DNA of 64,000 nt from Styela clava (taxonomy: Eukaryota): NCBI RefSeq assembly GCF_964204865.1, contig NC_135250.1:7936001-8000000 (forward strand), read 5' to 3'. Under the pieces are notes generated by a model that saw only the letters and a program-made list of their open reading frames with translations, did no database searches and was not told the DNA's origin. Numbering within the stretch: the first letter of the stretch is position 1; each line of letters begins with the position of its first letter. The position numbers and the translations under genes were made by a program. This document shows positions 12,268 to 24,800 of the stretch, one piece after another.

Positions 12268-15200
12268 TTATTCACAAATAGTACAACCGCAGGATAAAAT
12301 TCTTTTCAAAGACATATTATATGTCAATTCTTGTAATTTACACGATACAGTGACTTCTTCTTCTTCGAGTGGCTTGCAACAATACTTGTCACGCAACGCT
12401 TGATCTTGTTTTTCTTCAGTACAAACGTCATTTGGAGAATCGTTTGGATATTGGTTCTTCTCAATACAACGAGCAAAATTATTTTCGTCATCCACGGAAT
12501 CTGGCAACGTTCCAGTAGCTTTCTCATTACCACATGCTCCAGTGTTGAAAGTTGTCTGTAACAAAAATGAAGAAAAATTGAAGACATGCAAGTTGTAACA
12601 GACTACAAATTAAGGTTACATAGGAGGGCTTAATCATATCGGGCTACCTATACTCAGGCATAGGAATAGATATATCTAGTACATCATTACAGACGTAAGG
12701 ACTTAAGGTGGAGGATGCCTACCCAGTGAGTGGTTACGTAACCCACCACGTGACAGAAACGGCCAGCAGCTTATCCATTTTTAATCATCCCACTCCTGCA
12801 GTGTGATACGTGTTCGGAACGCAAATTTTCGTATTTATTTTGAAAGGCATTTTTGTATAATATTCTTACCTGTGAACATCCTTCCGGTAATGGAACGAAT
12901 TTATCTCTCGGTTCTGGGTCGCATAAATCTGTCCAATTACCTGAAAACGAATAAAGTTTTTGATAAATCGTACAAAAATAACGACACAAGGAAGTAATGA
13001 TGATTGGCTATTAGCGTAGTAGCCGAAGTACTAAAATGCTTTATTGCCCGATAACGTTGTACAACTTATCCAACCTCACCTAATACAGATTACATATACA
13101 ATAGTCCACGAGTTTTCAATCGGTTACAGTTAACATTATTGCGGCAAAATTTCAACCATGTTTCAACCATTTTCAATGTACAGCTATTTTGTAAAATTGA
13201 TTTAGCTATTCCCCGAAACTGACAATAATGAATTTAACTGCGACGGAACACCCATTTCTTGGTAGTATAGATACCTAAGGCTTTTATAGACTTACCATAT
13301 ACTGTCAAAGTTGCTGGATCCGACTTAACAACACCAGCTTCGTTTTGTACTTCGCAGGCATATTGACCACCATCCCATACCATTAACTCCGGTAATATGA
13401 GACTGAAATATAAAAGAAAACATTTACACTATTTCGTTTACTTCATTAAAATAGAAGTTATATAATATTATGGCATACCTTGGATTTTCCAATGAATAAC
13501 CATACACTGATGGGTCGAGACGAGAATTATCTTTATACCAAATGTATCTGCTTGGCGGTTGCTCGCTTTCAGCTTCACAGCATAATACTACTTTCTGATC
13601 TGCTAACCGTTCTTCATTGGTAGGTGCCAACGTGAATGTTGGTAAAACTGAACGATTTGCAAAAACAATTAATCAATCATTTATTCGATATCAGTATCCA
13701 CAGAAATAACGTACTGACAAACTACATCATATTCTCTGTGTTAATATGGCTCTTATGCATAATTTTTTTGTGTCGTATCACGACCGACTTTTAACGAAAG
13801 AAAAAACATGACAAACCAATCAAGTTTGGAAGTCCCACTGGGATACCTAGAGACTAAAATGAACATAAGGAAGCCATAACAAACAAACAATAAAACAAGT
13901 CTTGCAATATAATATTAAGGACTTCTGTATTCGACAATTTGCTGCTGTCTTGCAAACTTGGCGCACGAGATTCTTTGCCTACCTCGGTGATTATAATGAT
14001 TCGATGTCAAAATCTTCCTAGGCAATGAAGGGAACAGCTACCACGTAAACATGACTCTAAATCTCCTATTATCGTATTTCAAAATGGGTGGCTAAAGTTG
14101 AAAGCATGTATATATAACCAGAGTCTTTGTGTAAACTTACATAATCTTGTCATTGAGAAAGATACAAATCCCGCCTTTTGGTCGGTTTTAGATTGTGTAG
14201 GATGAACCAGACTTATCCGGTACATTTCCCTCTCTAACCGAAGTTCGTTGTCACCGTTGGAACAGACGCCTTCAAATTGGAATTTACCATCATTATTTGT
14301 CCCACCGAGTAAAAGTGTTGCTCCGTCTCCTTTATAAACTGTAAACAAGTAAAGCGTTATTTTTTTCTATATGCTTTGATTGTCTATCGTTACAAGTGCC
14401 AATATTATTGCTAGATGTTAGAAGACATACATACTTTTAACACCGGGTAATGGATTTTCATATTCGTCCGTTATTTTTCCAGTTATAATATGGCCTTCAC
14501 AGGTACAACGTCTACAATCTTTGCTCAATGTTCCAACGTCACAAATCCTCGAACAATCTAAAAATACATATTTAGGTTCAAAAATTGAAAGTTACAATAA
14601 ATAAAGTCGTGACTGACTTGTAGGATACAGGGTCACATGTATTGGATCTGATTTGAATGTCGAATAAAGCGAAAATCGATATAATAGATTTTGCAGTCAT
14701 ATAACAAGGTATGTCATTTAACTGGACTTTATTCGAAGACTTAAATTCACCTCACAACTAACAAGGTGTTTGGTAATATTTATACAGTACACGAAGCCTG
14801 CAAGGAACGCATATCGTGGCATCGTATGGTAAGAGACAAGTTTTTAAAAACAAGTGGCATTCAAAAAGACGCCAGCGGTTACATTTGAGAGAAACGAAAA
14901 GCCGACGGTAGTGCTTTCAATACAACAGGCTGTAATAACATGGTTCCCAATTTGTAATTCACAAGAAGCGTTAATAACTTCGTTTATGATTTAACCCGAA
15001 TAATCCCCAAAGCTTGTATTTGTCGAATCACCTTATTAAACCGCGCTATCTTTCGGGTTAAGTTGATATTAATGGCTTTCGTTATCATTCTTTGCGTCCG
15101 CAACGCGAAATTTGGTAATTTACACGTAGAATGACTTCCGGTCAGATTTTGTTTACAAATTATTCCCAGCATTGATTAATTATTATTATCTAATATAAAT

Positions 15201-18200
15201 ATTGCGCAAATGGCTGGAATAGTGGCTCAATAACAACGCAACGGCAACAATTTATAACACTAATAATATGAAGCCAACTTTAGGTATTTTTCTAAATAGG
15301 AAATTCCAAACATTCCATGGGCTGGATAAATAAATTGACCGTGTTGAATACTTGTATATAGTTGTGCTTACATGGTCTTTGGTTGCGACATGTAGTGTTC
15401 GGAAACATCAAATTTAGAAAGTCAAAAATTACACCTTATTAGTGGTGTGAATTTGCCAGAAAATTTCCGATTCCGATTTGCCCAAAACGAACTGGGCCTA
15501 GTATTAATGTTCGTAGTCGACTCTTTGTGATCGAAAGGTCGGGCGATGAGATACGTGATCAATTTTTGGAAAGTTAGTCGTCAGCCCTTCAACGCAAACT
15601 TCATGTGGTTAAGCCACCTAATGAAATATATAAAATCAACCATGGGCCCAACAGTGATGAAACTCATTCATTCATACATCCAAACATGATCAGGGATACA
15701 GCTAAACAAACTTTATATTTAAATAATGACTAATCCGCGACCTAATTTGCGCCAATGCAAATAGTGCTAACACTATTTGTATAGAGCATCTGACTGAAGC
15801 TCCCTTGTTCGCAATAGATTAACCCCTAAAAACGTTTGAACACTATATGAAAATCGAAACGAGGTTTGCAAGAACTGAATTTCCAATGCAGTGGATTTCA
15901 TAGGTTTCTGTATGACTCTTAATAGGGACTTTCAATCTGGCCCGCCTGATGTTGCCACAGCCCAACTAAAACCGAATTTCAATGTTTTAGCTGAAAAATT
16001 TCTCTACGAATTTGTTTAGATTGCGATTAAATTTAGTTTTGGCACGAGGCTCATTGTTTTCACCTTTTGCTTTCGTAACACGTAAATATTGTTCATAAAA
16101 TGTAACTTTTTACGTCACACTTGGCATGGCATAGAGTAGGAAAATAGTTAAGCATAGAGTAAGAAAATAGTTAGGTACCTTGGCATGGCATAGAGTAGGA
16201 AAATAGTTAAGCATAGAGTAAGAAAATAGTTAGGTACCTGGACACTCTATTGGTGCGTTGCAAGTTCTTATTTGATATTTCAGGCCATCGCATTCTTTAC
16301 CACCATCTTCAGGGCTTGGGGAATCGCATTCACGAGTTCTGTTTTGGATGCCTTCACCGCAAGATGCGCTACACTGAAACCAAGGCCGCCAGGAACCCCA
16401 TTCGCCATCAACTGTAAAATGAAACAATCTATAATTTCATTGCCCAATCAAAGTAGGGTGTGGTGGTTAGCGTGTTTTTCGTGGTATTTTGTCATCGCAT
16501 TCGCAGAATACGAGTTTAGTCCTGATTCGGCGTTCAATCGGACGGTGTCCACCGGAACCGGAAAGTAATAAATTATGTTCCATATATATATAATGGTTAT
16601 TTCGTCATTCAGCTTGGAACTTTACCAAATTTGAGAGAATTTAGAGAATTATTGTTGCACATCTAAATAATTAAGAATGCGCAATATAAGATTGGTGCGC
16701 GGTATAATTGTGTGGATTTACAAGCAATATCTAGACGTGAATAACATATTTTACCTCAATACAACACTATACGATTTGAAATGTAAGCATAAAAAATGCT
16801 TTTTATCACAAAAATAGGGTTGCTTACCTGGTTGAGACGATTCCACCAAAGGTTCTGCAAAATAAAAAATCATACCATTAAAATCGTTTATCCACTAACC
16901 AGTCAAAACACTTGTCCCAAAAAAATGTTATGTATATAGACATGGTAATGACTTTGATTAAATGGTTGCTCTATTTTCTACAGTTTTTATTCCAGAAGAT
17001 AATTGGGGCTCATTGTTTGTTTGACTGTAGTAAGACATTACCCAAATAAATTATTCCCAAGGTAAAAATTAACTTATATTCAATTATCCAACTTCCAAGA
17101 CCGGAAATTTGGGAAGCCACCACCTCTAAAATAAAACCTATTTCGCTGTGTATCCAATACACATTTTTCAAATAGCTACCCCAAAAAAATCCTCAAATTT
17201 GAGTAAATTTGTTTAAAATGAACAATTAATACTTACGTAGAACTGATGGCCATACATAAAAATACACAATAAGTCCAATTGCCAAGAATACAGTAATACC
17301 GATAGCGACAGTGAGAGCAATGCACTGCCATCTTGGACAAAACGGTCGTTTCGTTGATACGTAGGATGTTTTAGAAAACCCAAGTCCAGTAGAAGCAAGA
17401 CCACTGCTTCCCAAGGTCACGTGTGAGTTATGCTTCGTTGATTTCTTATTTTTCGTACTGTACAAATTGTTACCGCGGTAAATTGGGTCTGTCGGGGTCT
17501 TATCTTTTTTAAATGGATTAAATGACCCTTTTCTTCCTTGAGCAGAGGTGCGACTGTTAATTCTTGGTATGGAAGACTTCTGGGGATTAGAATAGCTCCC
17601 CGTTCCTGCCGTAAAACTGTCATTGTGTTCGTATATCGTTACCCCGTTATCAGGTGCATCTGACCCAGACCCCAGGCGCAGAGCTGATTCTGTAGGCAGA
17701 AGCAAAGCCCGTTGTCCGTATTCTTCACGGTGCGCCAGAGAGCCATTATCTCCGCGTGAACTTTTACTGCTCTCTCCATTTGAACCTCTGCTTTCAATTG
17801 TCCTTTGCAACAATCTGGATTGTTGACTACCGACGTCATTCATGACGTCACCTTGTTCGTTTCCGTAGGCAACAGGAGACTCAAAACCTCTTGCAACGCT
17901 TTTCTTAGCAGCTGCAGCATTGTAACCATATCCAGTACCAGCGGGTCCGTATGTGTCATATGACATACCTAGAGTGTTGAATTCACATCCTGGAATAAGA
18001 TGAAAAAATGAGTAAATTTTAAGGTTGTTTGTTAAAACGCAAATGTTTAAAATGAAATGCAATGATTTTCTATCAAACATGAGCCTATCCCGATGGATTT
18101 CGAGATATATAATAGGTAGAAATTTGATCAATGACTAGGATGTGTTTAGGTCATAAAACAAATAGATGGAGATTTCATTACGACAAAATTGATAATTCAA

Positions 18201-21200
18201 GAAAGATTAGTAGATAATGCGTGAGTGAAACAAGATTAAATATTATTTTTTTAAATGTGATTGATGTCAATTCAACACTCCCTCCACTTTTCCTTTAGTC
18301 ATCATAAATTACAATGATGCGTCTCGTTTACTGAATTGCGCGCCAAAACTTTTTTTATGTGGCCACTCATATATTTCCATCGATTACGCTTTGTTTATTA
18401 CGATTCTTTCATGTCGTATGCTTGATCCACGACCAACCATTGTTTACTTTTTAAATATTGGCTTTCGTTAAGTACGTGATTGTAAAATCAAACATAAAAT
18501 CTGAAGTTATCTGTAAATGAAGTTTTCCTTTTTGATGAGTCCAAAACAAGAATTACAACGCGAATACTCAAGTACACATTTTTATAGATTCAATATATAA
18601 ATGCTAATGCCATTTTGATATACAGATTGAAAATTCGAATAGACACAAAAGTTGATATGAAATTCAAATGACATTTTTAGTTCATTTCATATAATTTTTT
18701 AGTGCCTCAGACAAATTTTTCAAAAATGCTAGTTTTCTCCATTGAAACAGAGCTGGCGGATTTATAAATCTACTTTCGCAGAGGAAATCTCCAAGAGGTA
18801 TTGTCTGTCGACTTATTTACGATTTGATATTATTCGTACTGAAAAGCAAGGGTTATATTGTCAAATGCTTCAAGTCTAGGGCAGTAAGGATGGCATACCC
18901 GTTACGACCATCGGTATAATTTTTATAACCTATCCCAGCGCCTGATATGTCTTTTTAAGTCAAAATAAGCAATATGAACAACATATTAACTCAAATACCT
19001 GCGATACCACTTTCACCAGATGAGACGTTATGGTGCGAGTTGTTTGGTCCAACAGGAGTCTCGTTATGATAATCTTGATACGTGGTATTTGATTGCACAG
19101 GCAATCCGTTATCAACGTAAGGCGGCGAATAATAAACATCGTATGGCGTCCCATGGTTTGCAGCATAGGCGCCATGATGGCTTCTTGTGGGCATGCTGCC
19201 AACTTGAGTATACTGCAATGCTCCGTTGTACGGAGGCGTTGCACCGCCATTCGTGAGGTCGTTATCAGCGGCTGATAGCTCGTTCCTCCCTTTGGCGAGT
19301 GATCGATCCATTCGCCTTCCACTGTCAAATGCAATATTAAAATACAGCATTGATTTGTTGTTGAATGTTGAAAATTTGAGCCAATATTGGATTTTCAATC
19401 TGAATCCTTACAGATTGTATCATCCATTGGTTGGATATCATTAATTTCGGAGTGAAAACCTTTTTGGGGGGAGCAAAATTAAAACATTTCGGAATTCCGC
19501 AGCATATATAACTTGGCGAGTCAAAACAATTATGCAACTCACTGACATATAAATATTAGACGTTTCACAGTTTTACAATGACCCAGACAGAGGGCAGAAG
19601 CAGGACAAATACAGCCACATACAGGAAGGCTAATATATGTTGGAATGATTCAAATCTTTCCCGAGTTCCCGCTTTGTAAATGCGACTACTTGAAAACCAC
19701 TATATGTTTGAACGCAAGACGGCAATTCAGCCAGAAAGACACAATTTGATTCACATCGTACAAACCCGCTTCCGTTTTAGAGAGGATTAAACCCTCGCAT
19801 TGATTTTCTATATATGTCGGAATTATGCAGATAACAAAATCGTTTCCCACCTAACACCTTTATCCAAATCTAATGATTTACAGGTAATTTTAGAACTGAA
19901 ATCATGCTAGACTAAACAATGTCATTAACTCCTCAGCTGACGTCCAGAAATCAATTTTATTGACAACCTATCATGTTTTGGAATATTAAAAATACTAATA
20001 ATATTTTCGCTTTGTTTGTGTACTAATCCTGGCTGTTTTGATGCCATGAAAATGCAAACGTTGCATTTGAGAATCTAGTCCCCTTTACACGTCGATATTC
20101 AAATATGATGATGACATTGTATCTAATTCTAAAATATCAATAACACAATAGATCCATTGCTGGGCCCACCGTAAAACAATCGTAAATGGACAATATCAGA
20201 ATACACACACATTACTTGTAATATTATAAGATTACAGTTCGTTTATTTTGACCAGGAGGTTAATTCATGTTTTAGGCAACCTTGTCAAACATGATTGCGT
20301 TTGACATGATTCGATTTTCTGTCGCATAAAATTTGTGACCCGGGCTGCCTGTACATCGCCGTAATTAACTTCAAACCCGACCTGAAATTCCGTTATAGAC
20401 ACAAATATTTTCGATCTCTTGACACGGAATATTAGACGACGAATTTGCATCAAAATTGCAAACGTTCGGCGAAATTAATTTCGTAACAGGATATGCTTCA
20501 GCACGAGAAAAGACAAATCCGTTTAAAGTTACTGCATGCTGAGTATTGCCAATATATATAAACAAGAATCGGCAATTTTGCATTTTTCTATCTTACATCA
20601 TTTGTTTACTAAGTTTTTATTGCTACCTATGACACATTTCACTTAGTGTTTCATGTGACACAAAAACTCGAAATCAAAACAATATTAGAAATCTGTGGAT
20701 ATCAACTGGATCTCTGGTTTAATTTTAAATTTGATAAACGTGGGCATTATTCACAAATGCCCATTGTTGGCGGACAGTCACGGACAACTGTTTTATAACT
20801 ACCGTAGTTCATATAATGCAGCACCGAAAATCGTAGCTGTTTCGATTTTTCATTGTACATGAATGAAAAGACATGGGAAAATTACCTTCGTTTGCGCTTA
20901 TTTGTTTAGCCGGCATCCTTCCTAACATTTTAGGCCTAAACACCCGTATCGATACAATTTGTAACGAAGGGTACGCACGTGAAAATTTAGAAACACGTAT
21001 TTAAACAACGACCTTAGCGAGGCAAATGTTTATATACTGACCTTAGTGAGTCATCAAGACTATGCTGTGAGTCGGCATTCATTACACCTCTTCGGCCGCC
21101 ATCTAAGAACAGCAATCCCGATCCGACACCACTTTCATCTTGCCTGTTTGGTGTTTCTCTTCCATTGGGATTGAACTTTGACATTTTATGCCTTCTGTCG

Positions 21201-24200
21201 TAGGGGAGAGTGGTCCTGAAAGAAAATGCATCGTGTCATTTTGTATCAAAGCTATCAAAGCATATTTTCTTACGCTATTCTGTGCTGAAAACTTAGTTTA
21301 GCAAAGTACGTCATAATTAAAGAAATCGAACTCGGGGAATCATATATTTTATCCCGACAGAGCGACAGCTATCAAATTGAGCGAGGTCGGAATAAAATCT
21401 GCGAAAAACTGAGCGCTCTATATGTCTGTATTAAGTACTGAATATAAATCAATATCATTCTTTTATAATCTATCATTATGTTGTTATTTGATTTCAGCTA
21501 TATAGGTATATATATTAATACGGTTTTTATTTGTTAATACTAAATTATCGATTTGACAAATATTATTCATATACGGACATTGAAATAAAGCAGAAATGAG
21601 GTGAAACTCATAAACCTAATCACTTAATATTTTACATAAAAATTGATTTTGTAAATTTACGAAATCAATTTATTTGTTCAATGAAATGTATGTTTGTGAT
21701 TTCCCTCAACAAACAGACAGCATCGCCTATAATATATAATGTATTTTAATTAGAGAATGGGAATTAAATAAAAGGTCACGGCCCCCACCTGGATCAGTTT
21801 AGGCGCAATCCCAATATATACTAAGAAGCGTATAATATGGGCGACAGTCTGTTTTATTGGGTTCTGTGTACAACACTGGGGGCTGTGGCACTCTCCAATA
21901 TTATTCACATATTCAAACTCATCGCACTATATATTTCGATCACAATTATACCTAGAAAGTCTTTCATACCTGTCTATTGTCGAAGAATGATTAGCTTTCG
22001 GTGTTCTCTGAAAACTTGAATATGAATCCACATTCTGATTGGAAAAGGTTGAAATCGGCGTGGGCGATAAATTTGCGGGAGACATAGCGTCCTTGAACGT
22101 CGACATACTGCCGCTAAAATAGTCGTAATTTGCTCCTCGTGCCGTCATATTTGGATCCACTGATTGTGACGTCATGTATTTCCGGCTTGGATATCCATCC
22201 ATTTCTGCTGATCCGTCAACGCTATGGTTGAGCTGAAAATTATTGAGATACGGATGGTAAATATGGCTGTACATATTCTCGGTTGATTATTCGATAATAC
22301 TGGAATGAAAAAATGACATGTTAAGATGTACTGTGACGACTCTAATTTAGATTTGCAAGTGCCATTCGGATGGATCGCGTCAAGAAAAATATGGAAATAT
22401 AAAGTAGGTAGAATAAATGATATGAACACGACTACGACAAATGTCAGCAAAATTCCAGCTAGTGTTACAAGAATTTTACCGAATGTAATATGATGGTGCG
22501 CGCTTCAATTACACCTATACGCAACAGATAAAATGGGGTTCCCGGGAAACTCAGATAGAATTGTATAGGAAATAAAAGTAATATCCTTAGCGAGCTTTCC
22601 CACCTCATGTTAAAATATTTGAAATAGATTGTTTTGCGGAGAACAGCGATTTATTCACAACAACAACAAACAAAACCCGAAACTCTTATCAGTGAAAACA
22701 ACAACAACTTTGCAAAGTGAACTATATCCACTTCGAGTCCAAATCAACAGAGAAAATTTATGTTATCTTTCTGGCAAGCAACCGATTTATCAATCACACC
22801 TTTATACGGTACTTGTAAAAACTCCGGAGCTCCAGAAGTGTGTGTACCAATATGGAGGTAACTAATTTTGTTCGCCTACTTTACATCAAGTTGTATAAAT
22901 GGACGGAAACTTATGGGCAGGGGGTATATTCAATTGGCTAACACAGACAGTCCCCGAACTCGTAATAGAACTAAAATAAGAAAAATCGGAATAAATTTAT
23001 GGTCTAACCCTAACCTGGTACACACCCTACGGGAGTACCAAAACTGCACCAGCAATCATTATGCCACCCACATCCGCTGCGCGCGAAAAATCACAAAACC
23101 CAGCGCGATTTAATTTAACGCCTTATACCAATTTAGACTCCGGTGACTCAACTGGCTTAAAATAAAAAGCATGAAATCACAGTTTAAAATTCCCTTGTAA
23201 ATTTAACTGAAAAAAATAATCCACTATTCTATTCGTTCGCGGTTTTCAATCAATATATATTAGATTTAGCCATCAGGTGCTTTTTGATGCTATGAGGTCT
23301 TTATTTACTTCAAGTATATTAGATTAAAATAAAAACACGCACCTGGGCGAAAAAGGAGCTCCACTGAAATAAGAGGAGTGACCGCCAGTAGATAGAGTAT
23401 TTGTTTTATTTGTTTTGAACCACCCTTTCTTCAAATTAAGCGTAGAGGACCATTAGGTGGGATCGATGTCTCGTTAATTTACTTGATCATAGCACTTATA
23501 AAGGTTGAAAACTTCGAAATAGATTTTTTATTTTTCCAGAAACTTCGTGACATAATGGTGTAACAGTTATTCACAGACCAGGATAAACACAAAGCACTTT
23601 TTATCGCATCCTGATATCAATTTTTTCATTATTTGTATCTTATTGACATGTTTATGACGTCATACTTGTAGAGATTGCACTTCAAGTGAAATTTAATTAA
23701 AATTGAATGACAAATATTTTTATTATTGCAACGGAAAGTATATTAAAACAATGTAAATTCGGATGTTAACAGATATTTAACGTACACCGTAATTCATAAT
23801 GACCGCACCTGACTATTCAAAAAACATTTATACCGGAGCATTGTTCTAAATCAGCTGACTTGGCCATATTTAAATCAAAACAACAGCGTTAGCCTACGAT
23901 GGATAATATCGTAGAGAGATATGTACTAATTACTTTTCTGATAAATACTCCTTTCATTTCGTTCCAAATGAGAGCCGTGGGTAGGCCTAAACTCAAAAAG
24001 ATAATAACTATATATCTATCTTGCATGGTCTATTGTAAAGTTAGTACAATATAACTTTTAAAGGAATTTCCTCTCTGACAAAACACAGACTTTAAGCTCC
24101 GTGATTCAGGAGTGCTTGGCAGCTCTGCGCTCGATTCTCGGCTCCCTCGAGACATACCGGGCGTTTTAGGAAAATAAGGTTGTACGTTAACCCTCTAATC

Positions 24201-24800
24201 ACCCTTCTAAATAGACGAAACGACAGCAATATCGAATTACACAATTTGAATTTTGGTCAGTTTTAGTCGGAGCGAAATCCCAATGGAAAATGGATTGTAT
24301 ACCATAATTTGGTATTTTGGATGTGTTGATATGTGATGTGTTTGATTAATTCACGCCAAAATAGAATTTATTTGTGAAGCCTGATTAGACACAAAATCAC
24401 AAGCCCGAAATAGTAGTTTCTATTCTAAATATACCATTGAAATACAATTAAGCAGTATCCTAATATTTCAGTCAGAGACTGCGCCATCGATAATCACGAC
24501 ATATATTCCAGATACTAATGTGCCAAAAACGCAATGAGATGCCAAGCAAGAAATCATTAAAAAGGATTTAGTACCGGTTGCGAAATTTCATCTTTGTCTC
24601 TTCTGTATTTGTGGTTGGATGATATAAAAGATATATTGCCGTAGAGGAAAGTAACATACACGGCTTTAAGATAAGCATATATATCATACCTCATTCGACT
24701 TCAGAGATGTAGTCCCGTCAGAAGTAGTCTTTAGTGAATCCGTATTCAATGGCTTAGGAGGCCTTTTGAAAGAGCTAAAATCACATGCCCTTGCGGCCAT
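12268..24800 (-). CDS. Type II transmembrane protein with a CILP N-terminal-like ectodomain (TSP1, carboxypeptidase-regulatory-like, Ig, Cys-rich), ~926 aa
   Basis: 13 phase-consistent exons: 24690-24800 (gccATGG), 21970-22232, 21042-21215, 18999-19321, 17237-17989 (TM IALTVAIGITVFLAIGLIVYFYVW), 16828-16854, 16238-16411 (TSP1 WGSWRPWFQCSASCGEG..RTREC), 14435-14557, 14141-14338, 13479-13647 (VVLCCEA...YIWYKD), 13296-13402 (DGGQYACEVQN), 12870-12940 (CDPEP...LPEGC), 12268-12555 (CC...SCGCTICE*). Total 2781 nt. Domain order matches the N-terminal half of cartilage intermediate layer protein. Confidence 0.85.
16120..16237. repeat. Perfect 59-bp tandem duplication at the splice donor of the TSP1 exon
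   Basis: cttggcatggcatagagtaggaaaatagttaagcatagagtaagaaaatagttaggtac at 16120-16178 and 16179-16237. Confidence 0.95.
22948..23040. mobile_element. Partial copy of the 11180-11385 fold-back MITE
   Basis: Shared actcgtaatagaactaaaataag...cctaacc..acctggtacac...ggagtacca. Confidence 0.7.

Noticed and set aside
17990-18131. N-terminal part of the 301-aa ORF as a real protein start
   Set aside because: It is intronic read-through; an acceptor precedes 17989 and upstream exons splice in frame.
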